64,000 nt of DNA from an uncultured Poribacteria bacterium (GTDB taxonomy: Bacteria > Poribacteria > WGA-4E > WGA-3G). Made by a program: the position numbers and the translations under genes. Of the stretch, positions 9,550-20,915 are shown in pieces. The first letter of the stretch is position 1. Every line of letters begins with the position of its first letter. The notes under the pieces are model-generated. The model was not told the origin of the DNA and did not search any database. It was given only the letters and a program-made list of their open reading frames with translations. Where the stretch lies: NCBI GenBank assembly GCA_951813565.1, contig OX638351.1, positions 2,784,001 through 2,848,000 of the forward strand, given 5' to 3'.

Positions 9550-11124
9550 ATGCCAAATAAATCGCACAAAATCCTGTGGATAGATGATGAAATTGAGGCA
9601 TTGTTGCCTCACAGACGTTTCCTTGAAACTCGCGGATATGATGTTGTCCCTGCGACAAATGGTGAAGATGGGATTGAACTCTTAAAGCAGAACAATACGC
9701 AATATAATGCTATCCTACTTGACCAAGTAATGCCTGGAAAAGATGGAATGGCAACCTTAGACGCAATTCGGACTATTAATGCGCAAGTACCTGTCATTCT
9801 TGTAACACAGTCCAGTGATGAAAAATTTGTTGACGTCGCCCTTGGAAAACAGGTGACGGACTTTTTAGTAAAGCCGATTGGTGTCGCACAGATTGCGTCT
9901 ACCCTCAAACGGGTACTTGAACAACAGCAGATAGTGGAAACCCAAATACCAGGGCGCTACACCAATGACTTTAATACGATTAATACACTGAAGGCATCAC
10001 AACCCAATTGGCAAGATTGGATTGATATTTACGTCAAATTACTGGAATGGGATCTGCTTTCCGATCGGTTGTCAGAACAAGGCTTAGAAGAGACGCACTT
10101 AGAGCAAAAAAAGGAGTGCAATGCCGAATTCTCTGATTTTGTGGAAGCAAATTATCCCGAATGGGTGAACGCGAGCCAAGACAGACCCACATTGTCAGTT
10201 GACGTATTAGACCAACATGTTATGCCATTACTTCAAGCAAAAACGCCTGTTTACTTTATTGTTGTAGACTGTTTTCGGCTCGACCATTGGATGGCGATAG
10301 AGCCACTGCTCTACCCTTATTTCTCGATTGATCGCAAGTATAATTTTTCGATTTTGCCAAGTGCGACAATGTACTCTCGGAACGCACTATTTAGCGGGTT
10401 ATTTCCGGCAGAATTGGCAAAAGACTATCCACAATATTGGCAAGAGAAATCAGATGATGGTAGCAGCACAAACCAATTCGAACGGCAATTGCTTGAAGAA
10501 TACTTAAAAAGAAACGGAATCAGGATCAAACCTGGAGTCCAATACTTCAAGATTTTTGATTTGCGCGGAGGAAGTGAATATAAAAAACGGGTTGCCGCCG
10601 CAACACGCGTCGGCTTATCTGCATTAGTTGTCAACTTCATTGACATATTGACGCATCAACGTTCACAATCGGAAGTTTTACAACAACTCGCGCCAGATGA
10701 AGCTGCTTTTCGAGCCGTAGCTCGCTCTTGGTTTGCACATTCGGCTCTGTTTGATATTCTGCGCCTTATAGCTGAACAAGGTGTCCACGTTGTGCTTACT
10801 ACTGACCACGGTTCAGAGTTTTGTAACCGAGCGACTCGTGCTTATGGCAATCGTGACACCAGCACAAGCCTCCGTTTTAAAATTGGGAACAATTTAGTTT
10901 GCGATGATAACCAAGCCGTGTACATTCCAAACCCGCAGGTATATCGGTTACCCGCCGAGAGCACGAGCAAGGATTATATTATCGCTAAAGACGACTATTA
11001 TTTCGTCTATCCAAACGAATTTTACAAATACAAGCGGCAGTTTCAGGGAGGGTTCCAGCATGGTGGTATTTCAATGGGAGAACTCATAACACCAGTGGTG
11101 ACTTTGACCCCGCGGAACGGATAG
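9550..11124 (+). CDS. PorX-like response regulator (REC + PglZ/alkaline-phosphatase-like domain)
   Basis: ILWIDDE...LLDQVMPG receiver domain; VVDCFRLD, ILPSAT.YSRNALFSG, TTDHG, FQHGGIS PglZ motifs. Confidence 0.88.
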   Translation: MPNKSHKILWIDDEIEALLPHRRFLETRGYDVVPATNGEDGIELLKQNNTQYNAILLDQVMPGKDGMATLDAIRTINAQVPVILVTQSSDEKFVDVALGKQVTDFLVKPIGVAQIASTLKRVLEQQQIVETQIPGRYTNDFNTINTLKASQPNWQDWIDIYVKLLEWDLLSDRLSEQGLEETHLEQKKECNAEFSDFVEANYPEWVNASQDRPTLSVDVLDQHVMPLLQAKTPVYFIVVDCFRLDHWMAIEPLLYPYFSIDRKYNFSILPSATMYSRNALFSGLFPAELAKDYPQYWQEKSDDGSSTNQFERQLLEEYLKRNGIRIKPGVQYFKIFDLRGGSEYKKRVAAATRVGLSALVVNFIDILTHQRSQSEVLQQLAPDEAAFRAVARSWFAHSALFDILRLIAEQGVHVVLTTDHGSEFCNRATRAYGNRDTSTSLRFKIGNNLVCDDNQAVYIPNPQVYRLPAESTSKDYIIAKDDYYFVYPNEFYKYKRQFQGGFQHGGISMGELITPVVTLTPRNG

Positions 11125-11380
11125 TCATTCGTCCACATTAAACCCGACCTGAACTGATTTTTTTTGGTAGTATAGAGATTATGGTAAATTATTTTACCTT
11201 TTTTCATAACACACAACGACACTCGTGCCTTGAGGGTTCAATATGTTTTATTAAACCCGTTTTTTCACTGAAATTGAGTCGTCGTACCATTCTTCTGCAG
11301 AACTGCCGCTTTTTGAGATGATTGAATTAACTACCGAGATGTCTTTTTACGAAAAGGCATGATAGGAGGAAACGCTAATA

Positions 11381-12931
11381 ATGGAGAAGGAGATACTTAT
11401 TTCTGATGATGAGTTTGAAACACGTTGTGCAGTTCTTGAAAAAGGAATATTAAATGAAATCCAAATTGAGCGAAAAGCGGTAAAACCTGTCTTAAATAAT
11501 CTATATAAAGGACGTGTTGAGAATGTGTTACCGGGTATGCAAGTGGCTTTTGTTGATATCGGATTAGAACGACATGCTTTCCTACACATTTCGGACCTGA
11601 AATATAACAATAGTACTGAGAACGGTACACCAGATGACGGGTTACCAATTTTAGATTTACAAGCAACACCATCAAAAAAACCACGTGGCGGCAGGGGATT
11701 CCCATATCTTATAACTGACCTCATTTCTAAGAATCAGGAACTTCTTGTGCAAGTCGGCAAGGAGCCGATTGGCAGTAAAGGTGCACGTGTTACAAGCAAC
11801 ATTACCCTTCCAGGACGTTATGTTGTCTATTTGCCGAATTCGTCCACGATTGGGGTTTCGAGACGGATTGAATCTGAAACTGAGCGTGACCGATTGCGTG
11901 ACTTAGCACAAAACTTGAAAGCTGACGTCGAGGGCGGTTTTATTATTCGGACAGCTGCTGAAGGTTTGAGCGAAGATGAATTTGCCGCAGAAATCCGAAA
12001 CTTGATCAATCAGTGGAAACAAGTACGCGAACGTGCCAAACGAAAAACCGCACCAAGTTTAGTTAGTAGAGACGTGAGTTTCACGAATCGGATTGTTCGC
12101 GATATGCTTACTAAAGATGTTAAACAGCTTCTAATTGATTCACAATCCGGTTATCAGGAAACAGTTGATTATGTCACATCTGTTATGCCGAACATGCTGG
12201 ATCGAATAACCCTTTACAATAAAGACACCGCCCTTTTTAAGGCTTATGGTGTAGAGGAAGAACTACATCGAGCACTGAGCGAAAAAATCTGGCTCAAGTG
12301 TGGTGGGCACATTATCATCCAGCAAACTGAAGCGATGGTCTCAATTGATGTCAACACGGGACAGTTTGTCGGTAAATCCGATCCGGATAACACAATTTTA
12401 AGTGCAAACCTTGATGCTGTTGATGAAGTGGTCCGACAAATTCAGTTGCGCGATTTAGGTGGTATTATCGTTGTTGACTTTATTGACATGGACGAACCTG
12501 CACATCGGAAACAGGTTTTCAAAATACTCCGGGAGGCACTGCGCAAAGATAAAGCACGCACGAATATCCTTCATTTTTCAGATTTAGGGTTGGTGGAAAT
12601 GACGCGCCAACGTACACGGCCGAGTTTATCTACTTTGCTCACAGAACAATGTCCTTACTGTGAAGGACACGGGACCATTTTGTCAATTGAAACTGTTGTG
12701 ATTGGATTGCTCCGAGCAATTAAGGCTGCATATCGCAAAACTCGGCAATCCAAATTACGGATTATCGCGAATGATCACATTGTTTCGCATCTCAACGCGC
12801 AGATGTCCGCCAAATTCCGTGAACTCAAACGAAACCTGAAACTTGAATTGACCCTTGAACCTGATGCAGACCTGCATCTTGAAGACTATCGAATCTTTGC
12901 TGCAAACGGTGAGGAACTGTTTTTAGATTGA
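11381..12931 (+). CDS. rng: Ribonuclease G (Rne/Rng family)
   Basis: YKGRVENVLPGMQVAFVDIG S1 domain, KEPIGSKGAR, IDVNTG, DFIDM, CPYCEG. Confidence 0.92.
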   Translation: MEKEILISDDEFETRCAVLEKGILNEIQIERKAVKPVLNNLYKGRVENVLPGMQVAFVDIGLERHAFLHISDLKYNNSTENGTPDDGLPILDLQATPSKKPRGGRGFPYLITDLISKNQELLVQVGKEPIGSKGARVTSNITLPGRYVVYLPNSSTIGVSRRIESETERDRLRDLAQNLKADVEGGFIIRTAAEGLSEDEFAAEIRNLINQWKQVRERAKRKTAPSLVSRDVSFTNRIVRDMLTKDVKQLLIDSQSGYQETVDYVTSVMPNMLDRITLYNKDTALFKAYGVEEELHRALSEKIWLKCGGHIIIQQTEAMVSIDVNTGQFVGKSDPDNTILSANLDAVDEVVRQIQLRDLGGIIVVDFIDMDEPAHRKQVFKILREALRKDKARTNILHFSDLGLVEMTRQRTRPSLSTLLTEQCPYCEGHGTILSIETVVIGLLRAIKAAYRKTRQSKLRIIANDHIVSHLNAQMSAKFRELKRNLKLELTLEPDADLHLEDYRIFAANGEELFLD

Positions 12932-13201
12932 TCTCGGAATAGCATAAATTCAACATAAAAAGTCCGAGTTAGTATTACATTTTATATTTATAAAGAAGAC
13001 TCATAATCCTTCAAAAAGACTTGACTTTTGATGTGAAATGTGGCATCATGTAATTATCCGAATTACAAACATGGGCGGATAGGTGCGTCCAAGGCTCTCG
13101 TTACACGTTCCCTATAACATGTCTGAATAGAGCATAAAATTAAAAGATAGAAAATTCCTTTGATTCTAATGGATTTCTACACCTAAAAGGAGTGAAAGTA
13201 A

Positions 13202-13564
13202 ATGTATGCAGTATTTGCAAGCGGCGGGAGACAGCACCGTGTTGAGGTAGGAAGCCTTATAGATGTAGAAAAGTTAGACAATGCTGTTGGTGAAACGGTG
13301 ACATTTCCTTCTGTCTTAGCGATTGCCAGTGAAGATGGTCAGCTGCAAACCGGCGCCCCTTATCTTGAAAACATGTCAGTTACGGGTGAGGTGGTTCAGC
13401 AAGGCCGTGCAAAAAAAATTGTCGTTTTTAAGTCTAAACGTAGAAAAGGTTACAAACGTAAGTTAGGTCACCGTCAATCATTTACCCGAATAAAAATTAC
13501 CGCGATTGGCGGGGAGGAAATTACCGCGATTGGCGGAGAGGAGATTGAATCTGATGGCACATAA
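13202..13564 (+). CDS. rplU: 50S ribosomal protein L21
   Basis: [14 protein letters not shown]...[17 protein letters not shown]. Confidence 0.97.
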   Translation: MYAVFASGGRQHRVEVGSLIDVEKLDNAVGETVTFPSVLAIASEDGQLQTGAPYLENMSVTGEVVQQGRAKKIVVFKSKRRKGYKRKLGHRQSFTRIKITAIGGEEITAIGGEEIESDGT

Positions 13565-13820
13565 AAAAGGTGGCGGAAGTACCCGCAATGGTCGTGACAG
13601 CATCGGGAAACGGCTTGGTACTAAAAGGTTTTCAGGAAACTATGTTACAGCAGGAAGTATCCTTGTCCGGCAGCGTGGAACTCATTTACATGCTGGTAAT
13701 AATGTCGGCGTTGGCAGGGACTATACACTCTTCTCGAAGATTGATGGTTATGTCTGGTTTGAGCGAAAAGACAAATACCGCCGTAAGGTGAGTGTTTACA
13801 CAGAACGTCCTGCGTATTAG
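13554..13820 (+). CDS. rpmA: 50S ribosomal protein L27
   Basis: [16 protein letters not shown]; true start at ATG13554. Confidence 0.97.
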   Translation: MAHKKGGGSTRNGRDSIGKRLGTKRFSGNYVTAGSILVRQRGTHLHAGNNVGVGRDYTLFSKIDGYVWFERKDKYRRKVSVYTERPAY

Positions 13821-13832
13821 AGCGCATTTCAG

Positions 13833-13861
13833 AAAGCCTCACCTTAGTGTGGGGCTTTTTT
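13833..13861 (+). terminator. Rho-independent terminator after rpmA
   Basis: AAAGCCTCAC-CTTAGT-GTGGGGCTTTTTT hairpin followed by a T tract. Confidence 0.75.
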
Positions 13862-14104
13862 GCTTATTGACCTATGTGTTGAGTTCTGTTAGATTGCCGA
13901 CACACTTATATCTTGATCTTACAATTATAGTGAAATCCATAATTATTTTATATTCTGTTCTTATGCGGATTTCAAACACACCATAAATGTCCGAGGCGCA
14001 ATGAATTGCGCTTGGTGAATGCGCGTCCGGCATTCACATTAAACGCCGCTAATCTTAAGAAAATGTCCAGGTATTTTTAGATTTTACTATAAGAGGAAAA
14101 TAGC

Positions 14105-14509
14105 GTGAAATGGATAACCTCGCTTCTGATGTTAGTTGTTGCATTGGGATGCGGTAGCAAGCAAATAGAACAATTGGGAATTGAAACTGTAGATAATGCG
14201 CGGGTAAGTATTGCTGCTGCGGAAAGCGTTGGTGCGCGCGATGTTGCCGTGAGTGAAATAACCTCAGCGGAGAAGATGCTAACCAGTGCCGAATCCTCTC
14301 TGCAATCAGGTGATGTGGAACGCTCGTATCGACTGGGATTGCGAGCATATCTTCACGCACGAATTGCAACAGAGAAGTCATTAGCGGTTCGGCAGGAAGC
14401 ACAAGTTAAAGAAGCACAGGCTGAATTAGAATTACGGCAACAGGCTACGGAAGAAGTTCTCAATAATCTTGAGAAACTCAAAGCAGAACTCGCTGCTCAG
14501 AAAAAATAA
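14105..14509 (+). CDS. DUF4398-like lipoprotein
   Basis: Lipobox LGC; Ala-rich helical segment; precedes an OmpA-domain gene. Confidence 0.65.
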   Translation: MKWITSLLMLVVALGCGSKQIEQLGIETVDNARVSIAAAESVGARDVAVSEITSAEKMLTSAESSLQSGDVERSYRLGLRAYLHARIATEKSLAVRQEAQVKEAQAELELRQQATEEVLNNLEKLKAELAAQKK

Positions 14510-14520
14510 AGGAAGTTCCG

Positions 14521-16161
14521 ATGCGGATTCATGGATGGCTACTACTCATAGGATGTCTCATCAGTTACGGATGCGCGTCTCTTGAAATTGATGGTGTTCT
14601 CCTTGAGACACAACTTCAAAATGGGCAGAAGGCAATTGCCAGTGCAGCTGAACTCAATGCTGAGCAGCTCGCAACCGATGAATACAGCCGAGCTGTTAAA
14701 CTCCTAAAATTTGCCAAACAGGCACAGGAACGCGAAGATATTGCTCAAAGCATGGAATTCGCATATCAGGCAGAACTTGTAGCACAAATCGCTTTGTATA
14801 AAGCAAAGCAGCAGCAAGCACGTGCACAACTCATTGCAATCCGGGAACAGATGTACCAAGAGGTGATAACAGAAAAAGAATATGAAATAGAAATAGCAAA
14901 AATACGCAATGAGATGAAGACGATGGAAATCGAACAAAAGTTAAAAGAGATTGAGGCAGGAAATGAACGTGCCGGTTCACTCACAACGGATCTTAGGGAA
15001 ACAAAAGAAGCACTTCGCCGTGCGGAAATTCGCGTGCCAATGTCCGGAACAAAAATCTTTGTGACCATTGCAAAACTCACTTATCCTGAAATTATAGAAA
15101 CACCAGAGTATGAACGTGTGCAATCAGCAATTGCGTTAGCGACATCACACTTGGAGCGAAAAGAATTCACTGAAGCAGAAAAAGTTGCAACAGACGCGCT
15201 GACACAAGCTAACAATCTTTATGAACTGGCAATTCAGAATCAGAAAATCCGTGCAGCGGCGGAAAATACTGCGCTTATTGCTATTGAACGCGCGCAGCTT
15301 AAGATTGCGCGCGCTGAATCTCTAAATGCAGCCACGCACGCCACACAACAATTCCAGCAATCACGTAACCAATTAGATAAGGCAAAAAAAGAGTTCCAAG
15401 AAAATCGTTATGGAGAAGCACGGCAAACTGCTGAAGGGGTTGAACAGATTGTTGACAAGGCGATTACTATCTCTGAAGTCGCTGAATATCGACGCCGGGC
15501 ACAAGAAGAAGTTACAGCAAAGATAAAAAAAGCAGAAGGGGCTGTAGCATCAGCGAAAGCAGCGATAGCAGAACAAGCCCAAACTAAAGTGCCGCAGTTT
15601 GCACCAGAACTGTATGAACTGGCTACTTCAGCACTCGCAACCGCCGAGTCAGCACTCGCTAAAAAGGAATACGCATCTGCGATTGACGCTGCACAGCAAA
15701 GTCATGATTACCTGCAACGCGCTATTGAAAAGACAAAACAGCAGAATTCGGCTCAAACGGCTCTGGTTAAAGCAGTCCAGCAAATTTCAAAGGCAACCGT
15801 TATAGAACTTGAAGAAGGAGTACTCATTAGAATCAGTGGCAACCTATTTGCCACCACAAGCACGCGTTTAAATGAGGCATTTTCTCCAACCTTTATGAAA
15901 CTCGCATCTATATTGCTACAAGATGAATTCAAAGACTATGCTGTCAAGATTGAGGGGCATAGCGATTCACTTGGAGATGCAAGAACGAATCAGGCACTAA
16001 GCGATAAAAGAGCAAATTCAATTAAAACATTCCTGATTAATAGCGGTAAAGTACCAGCAAAACAGTTAAACGCTGTTGGTTTAGGTGAATCCCAGCCAAT
16101 TGATAAAAATTCAGAAGAAAAAAATCGCAGAATTGACATTATTATCACTAAAACACCCTGA
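14521..16161 (+). CDS. Lipoprotein with repeated helical (DUF4398-like) units and C-terminal OmpA peptidoglycan-binding domain
   Basis: YGC lipobox; IEGHSDSLG...NQALSDKRA...NRRIDI OmpA motif. Confidence 0.85.
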   Translation: MRIHGWLLLIGCLISYGCASLEIDGVLLETQLQNGQKAIASAAELNAEQLATDEYSRAVKLLKFAKQAQEREDIAQSMEFAYQAELVAQIALYKAKQQQARAQLIAIREQMYQEVITEKEYEIEIAKIRNEMKTMEIEQKLKEIEAGNERAGSLTTDLRETKEALRRAEIRVPMSGTKIFVTIAKLTYPEIIETPEYERVQSAIALATSHLERKEFTEAEKVATDALTQANNLYELAIQNQKIRAAAENTALIAIERAQLKIARAESLNAATHATQQFQQSRNQLDKAKKEFQENRYGEARQTAEGVEQIVDKAITISEVAEYRRRAQEEVTAKIKKAEGAVASAKAAIAEQAQTKVPQFAPELYELATSALATAESALAKKEYASAIDAAQQSHDYLQRAIEKTKQQNSAQTALVKAVQQISKATVIELEEGVLIRISGNLFATTSTRLNEAFSPTFMKLASILLQDEFKDYAVKIEGHSDSLGDARTNQALSDKRANSIKTFLINSGKVPAKQLNAVGLGESQPIDKNSEEKNRRIDIIITKTP

Positions 16162-16214
16162 CCTTTAAGCACAAAATATACGCTATCCTGATAATTGTGT
16201 AGGTTATCAAAGTA

Positions 16215-16496
16215 TTGTCCAGTTTAAAAATTGATCCTTATGTTGTCAACCAGATAGCACACAGTCTGTTTGGTGATCGCTACATTATCATTTATGAGAA
16301 TACGATTCAGTTCCACAATCATTGTTACCACGTTCGTACTATTGAATCTGAGGAACATCCGTACAAAGGGTGCTACTATTTGCAGGACGCGAATACGGAC
16401 TTAGCGATGTGGGACGATGTAGCATTCGCGCCACCGGGGTACTACGGAGCAATTTTTGAACGTGAAACAGGCGAGATTATTGATTGCGAACCGTAA
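16215..16496 (+). CDS. Hypothetical protein
   Basis: 93-aa ORF with protein-like composition in an intergenic gap. Confidence 0.55.
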   Translation: MSSLKIDPYVVNQIAHSLFGDRYIIIYENTIQFHNHCYHVRTIESEEHPYKGCYYLQDANTDLAMWDDVAFAPPGYYGAIFERETGEIIDCEP

Positions 16497-16647
16497 CGGT
16501 GATATGTAGAATACCTTTTTGAAATTGTCAAACACAACCATAATTTTAATTTAAAGCGTCCTTATAATAGGAAATTACCGAACTAAACCCTTAAACTTTA
16601 TATTGGCAATTCTGCCGAAATCCAATATCTAAAAACGGAGAAAAGAC

Positions 16648-18189
16648 ATGAAGCGAGATGCTATTGTCGTTTTAGACTTTGGCTCGCAATATACGCAGTT
16701 AATTGCTCGGCGCATTCGGGAGCAGCGAGTCTACTGCGAAATTCAACCTTATACGTTACCGCTTAGCGACATTGAGAAGATGGCACCAAAAGGAATTATC
16801 CTTTCTGGTGGCCCCGCAAGCGTCTACGAGACAGATGCCCCGAAGATAGATGCAGCGCTTTTCACACTTGGAATCCCTGTCTTAGGTATCTGCTACGGCA
16901 TGCAACTTATCGCTTTTCTCTTAGAAGGCGGCAAAGTCCACCCCGCAACAGAACGGGAATATGGTAACGCACAACTCCAAGTCAAATCCACATCAGAACC
17001 CTTATTTGCGGATTTGCCATCGGAACTGTCTGCGTGGATGAGTCATGGGGATAGAATTGACGAACTCCCTGAGGGTTTCCACACAATTGCCCAAACCCCA
17101 AATTCACCTATCGCCGCCATGGTCAACTCGGACGGCACCTTGTACGGGTTACAATTTCACCCTGAAGTTGAGCATACACGAGATGCTGACAAAATCCTCC
17201 ACAACTTCGTCAGACAAGTCTGTGGATGTGAAGCAACTTGGACGATGGACACTTTTATTGCAGAAGCCATCGCACACATCCGATCAACAGTGAAGGACGA
17301 AAGGGTACTGTGTGCAGTTAGCGGCGGCATAGATTCAATGGTGCTTGCAACTCTCCTCCATGAGGCGATAGGCGATGCGTTAGTCCCTGTTTTTGTAGAT
17401 AACGGGCTGCTACGCCAAAATGAGGTAGAACAAGTTTTAGCTACTTGCAAAGCACTGGGAATAAAAATTGAGTTCGTGGATGCCGCAGAATCATTTTTGG
17501 ATGCGTTGGTAGGCATCATTAACCCAGAACAGAAACGAAAAGTTATCGGGGCGCAGTTCATTGAAACCTTCAGAGCAAAAGTGACGCAACTCGGGCCTTG
17601 TCGCTTTCTCGCACAAGGCACACTCTATCCAGATGTTATAGAGAGTGTTTCTACCAAAGGTCCTTCTGCCACGATAAAAACACATCACAATGTCGGTGGA
17701 CTCCCACCCGACATGCCGTTTGAACTCATTGAACCTTTCCGTGAACTTTTCAAAGACGAGGTGCGAGCGGTCGGGGCAGAACTAAACGTCCCATCCCACG
17801 TACTCGGTAGACATCCGTTTCCTGGACCAGGACTTGCTGTCCGGATTCTTGGCGAGGTAACACCAGAAAGGTTAGCAGTGTTACGGTTGGCCGATGCAAT
17901 TTTTATCAACGAAATCAAAGCAGCGGGATTGTACGATGAAATCTGGCAGGCGTTAGCAGTACTTTTACCTGTTAAGAGTGTCGGTGTGATGGGGGATGAG
18001 CGGACGTACGAAAACGCGGTTGCTCTACGTGCTGTCACCAGCAGTGATGCAATGACAGCCGATTGGGCAAGAATTCCAGACGATGTTTTAGCAAGAATTT
18101 CTACCCGAATTATCAATGAAGTACAGGGTATCAATCGTGTTGTCTACGACATTAGTTCAAAACCACCCAGCACGATTGAATGGGAATAA
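16648..18189 (+). CDS. guaA: GMP synthase (glutamine-hydrolysing)
   Basis: [50 protein letters not shown]. Confidence 0.97.
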   Translation: MKRDAIVVLDFGSQYTQLIARRIREQRVYCEIQPYTLPLSDIEKMAPKGIILSGGPASVYETDAPKIDAALFTLGIPVLGICYGMQLIAFLLEGGKVHPATEREYGNAQLQVKSTSEPLFADLPSELSAWMSHGDRIDELPEGFHTIAQTPNSPIAAMVNSDGTLYGLQFHPEVEHTRDADKILHNFVRQVCGCEATWTMDTFIAEAIAHIRSTVKDERVLCAVSGGIDSMVLATLLHEAIGDALVPVFVDNGLLRQNEVEQVLATCKALGIKIEFVDAAESFLDALVGIINPEQKRKVIGAQFIETFRAKVTQLGPCRFLAQGTLYPDVIESVSTKGPSATIKTHHNVGGLPPDMPFELIEPFRELFKDEVRAVGAELNVPSHVLGRHPFPGPGLAVRILGEVTPERLAVLRLADAIFINEIKAAGLYDEIWQALAVLLPVKSVGVMGDERTYENAVALRAVTSSDAMTADWARIPDDVLARISTRIINEVQGINRVVYDISSKPPSTIEWE

Positions 18190-18194
18190 TTCGG

Positions 18195-19052
18195 ATGAGA
18201 GTCCGAAACTATGCCGACGTCGTAAATCGCATCCTTGAGACTCTTAGGAAGTCTGAGCATCTTACAATCTGGCATCAAACGCATATTCCTTCCACTTCTA
18301 CAAGAATAAAAGGTTTACCATATCCATTATACTGTTTGCATTACACTGCTAAACAGAACAGTTCTTCTTTGATTTATGTATCTGCAGGTATCCACGGCGA
18401 TGAACCTGCCGGTGTTGAGTGCGCGATACGTCTTATTGAGCTACTCGCCGATGGTGAACAGCACAACTTTGGCACATTCCCATTAGACGCATACAACTGG
18501 CTCATCTCCCCTTGTGACAACCCTTACGGGTATGAACGAAACATCCGTGAAAATGCTGCGGGGCTTGACCTTAATCGGATGTTTGAAATCCCAAATCGAT
18601 GTCCAGAAACAACGTTCATCGCAGAATCACTGCAGCGTAAACGATGCGCGGACACGCAAAAACCTCTCAGTCAAAATACTATGGGAAGAAGGCAGGCGAT
18701 TGAACTCGCGCTGGATTTGCACGAAGATAGTGACAGCGATGGGTTTTACCTGTGGGAACGCCGCACCTCACAATGTTTTCCAATCGGCAATGCAGTTGTG
18801 AAAAACGTAGATGGGCTATGCGCGATCAATCGAGAACCTTTGATAGAAAATCATCGCAACGAAAATGGTGTAATCACATTACTCAATAAAGTTACGACTA
18901 AGGGATGGACACGCGGAAGGTATTTAGCCGAACAAGTAAATACGCGGTGTCTAATTCTTGAAACACCGACACAGTTAGACTGGGAAACACGAATCGCCGC
19001 ACACATGATAGCTGTCCAAACGGCTATCAAACATGCTTTGAAACCATTATAA
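18195..19052 (+). CDS. M14-family metallopeptidase / succinylglutamate desuccinylase-like protein
   Basis: AGIHGDEPAG, NPYG, DLNR, LDLHED, ETP. Confidence 0.85.
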   Translation: MRVRNYADVVNRILETLRKSEHLTIWHQTHIPSTSTRIKGLPYPLYCLHYTAKQNSSSLIYVSAGIHGDEPAGVECAIRLIELLADGEQHNFGTFPLDAYNWLISPCDNPYGYERNIRENAAGLDLNRMFEIPNRCPETTFIAESLQRKRCADTQKPLSQNTMGRRQAIELALDLHEDSDSDGFYLWERRTSQCFPIGNAVVKNVDGLCAINREPLIENHRNENGVITLLNKVTTKGWTRGRYLAEQVNTRCLILETPTQLDWETRIAAHMIAVQTAIKHALKPL

Positions 19053-19197
19053 TACCAATATTGATAAATAAAATGCCATTACGGAGGTTTTATGAGATTT
19101 TAAAACGCCTCTTATGTTGAATGTCCGAGGCGCAATGAATTGCGCGACTACAAACACTGCTCTCTCAATGGCACTTACAGGCGAGTGTTTACTTATT

Positions 19198-20373
19198 TCA
19201 ACTGTTCTGATAAACCGCAGCGGCTGCGCTAACGGCCGTCCCAGTATCAACTTCGTACCCGAATTCAATAAGGAGCGTTTCAATTGCGTTTAGAACAAGC
19301 AAGACATTCTGCTCGTTAGCAGCATCACCCATAAGTCCAATTCGCCACGCTTTACCGGCAAAGATTCCCAAGCCACCACCAATTTCAATACCGTAGTCTT
19401 GAATAAGACGTTTTCGTATAGCAGCATCATCAATTCCATCAGGAATAAGTAGTGTGGTTAGCATCGGCGCGCGATGATTTTCCGTTGCGGCAGGTTGTAA
19501 ACCGATAGCTTCAGCGCCAGCAATCAAAGCTTTAGCATTGCGTTCATGTCGTTGGTAGCGTGCTGATACGCCTTCCTCTATAACAACTCGAATTGCCTCG
19601 CGTAATGCATAAATCATGGACATAGATACGGTGTGGTGATATTTTCGTGTATCTCCCATCCAATATTCGGCAAGCAGTGTCACATCCAAATAGAAACTTT
19701 GAATCTTCGTTTTACGGCTCCGAATCACTTCTACTGCCCGCTCACTAAAACTGATTGGTGAAAGTCCGGGAGGACCAGCGAGACATTTCTGTGTACAACT
19801 GTAGGCGATGTCAATACCGCGTGCATCTAATTCTACAGGTTGTCCTCCGAGCGATGTAACGCAATCAGCAAGAAACAGTGCACCTTTTTGATGGGAAATG
19901 TCAATTATTTCTTCTAAAGGTTGTAGAATACCGGTAGACGTTTCGCCATGAACTACTGCCACGAGTTTTGGTATAACTTTGTCGCATGCTTCAGCAATCT
20001 GTTGCGGTTCAATAATATTGCCCCATTCAGCGTGGACAGGTGTAACTTGCGCACCGCACCGTTCTGCAATATCTGCTATCCTGCCTCCGAAATAGCCATT
20101 AATACCAACGATTACAGGATCCCCAGGTTCAATAATGTTTGCGAGTGCCATTTCCATTCCTGCAGTACCGGTGCCTGAGACAGGAAAAGTAAGATCATTT
20201 TGGGTGCCATAGACCTGACGTGTCAAGGCGACGGTATCATCCATAACATCAACAAAATCTGCGTCTAAATACCCAAGCATGGGGGTCGTCATTGCTTTGA
20301 GTACACGGGGGTTTGCGATACTGGGTCCTGGGCCAAGTAGGATGCGCGGGGGCACTCTCAATTCATCATGCAC
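19198..20373 (-). CDS. Alanine-glyoxylate / serine-pyruvate aminotransferase (class V PLP)
   Basis: LLGPGPS, VHGETSTG, DCVTSLGG, SCTQKCL. Confidence 0.92.
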   Translation of the reverse strand: MHDELRVPPRILLGPGPSIANPRVLKAMTTPMLGYLDADFVDVMDDTVALTRQVYGTQNDLTFPVSGTGTAGMEMALANIIEPGDPVIVGINGYFGGRIADIAERCGAQVTPVHAEWGNIIEPQQIAEACDKVIPKLVAVVHGETSTGILQPLEEIIDISHQKGALFLADCVTSLGGQPVELDARGIDIAYSCTQKCLAGPPGLSPISFSERAVEVIRSRKTKIQSFYLDVTLLAEYWMGDTRKYHHTVSMSMIYALREAIRVVIEEGVSARYQRHERNAKALIAGAEAIGLQPAATENHRAPMLTTLLIPDGIDDAAIRKRLIQDYGIEIGGGLGIFAGKAWRIGLMGDAANEQNVLLVLNAIETLLIEFGYEVDTGTAVSAAAAVYQNS

Positions 20374-20477
20374 TTTTTAGTAACTCCTCTAATTGTCCTT
20401 TATGATCTTGATAACTCTACCGCAAAGATATACAATTAATACGGTCTATAAAACTATAAAAGTAAAGTAGGAATTCT

Positions 20478-20798
20478 AACGTGAGTTTGACATATAGGTC
20501 AGAGAAATCCGACACAATAATATCGCGCTATCGCATATTTGATGACGGATATGTTCCGCACTCCAGCGGAGTGCTATGTCTATAGAAAACCAATATCCAA
20601 GTTCCTGCACTCCAGCGGAGTGCTATATGTAATAAAATTACGGACCGCTCCGCTGGAGCGGAAACGTCGGTTTTGATGGCTGCTATAGACATATTGCTCC
20701 GCTGGAGCAAATGCGGACGTTTTGGGTATTGCATTGGGTCTGTCTTTGGTTCATTTGAATCTACGTGATGAACCAATTTCTTATATCGAACTCACGTT
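20478..20798. mobile_element. MITE with AACGTGAGTTYGA TIRs and 9-bp TSD (AGGAATTCT), containing CTCCGCTGGAGC palindromes
   Basis: AGGAATTCT at 20469-20477 and 20799-20807 flanks the inverted termini. Confidence 0.8.
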
Positions 20799-20915
20799 AG
20801 GAATTCTACGTAAGGAGAAATTGTTTGTGAGCGGATAATCTCCCTGCGTATAAAATAGGATAGGGACAGGCATAGAACCTGTCCCTACGAATAAGGGTTT
20901 CACCCATCTAAGTTA

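Noticed and set aside
13506..13553. N-terminal extension of L27 (Prp-cleaved type)
   Set aside because: The extension comes from a TTG start inside rplU's duplicated tail; ATG13554 has its own RBS and no prp/ysxB gene is present.
20550..20710. Regularly spaced CTCCAGCGGAG palindromes as a mini-CRISPR
   Set aside because: The units switch orientation, vary in sequence and lie inside a TIR/TSD-bounded MITE, so they are REP-like.
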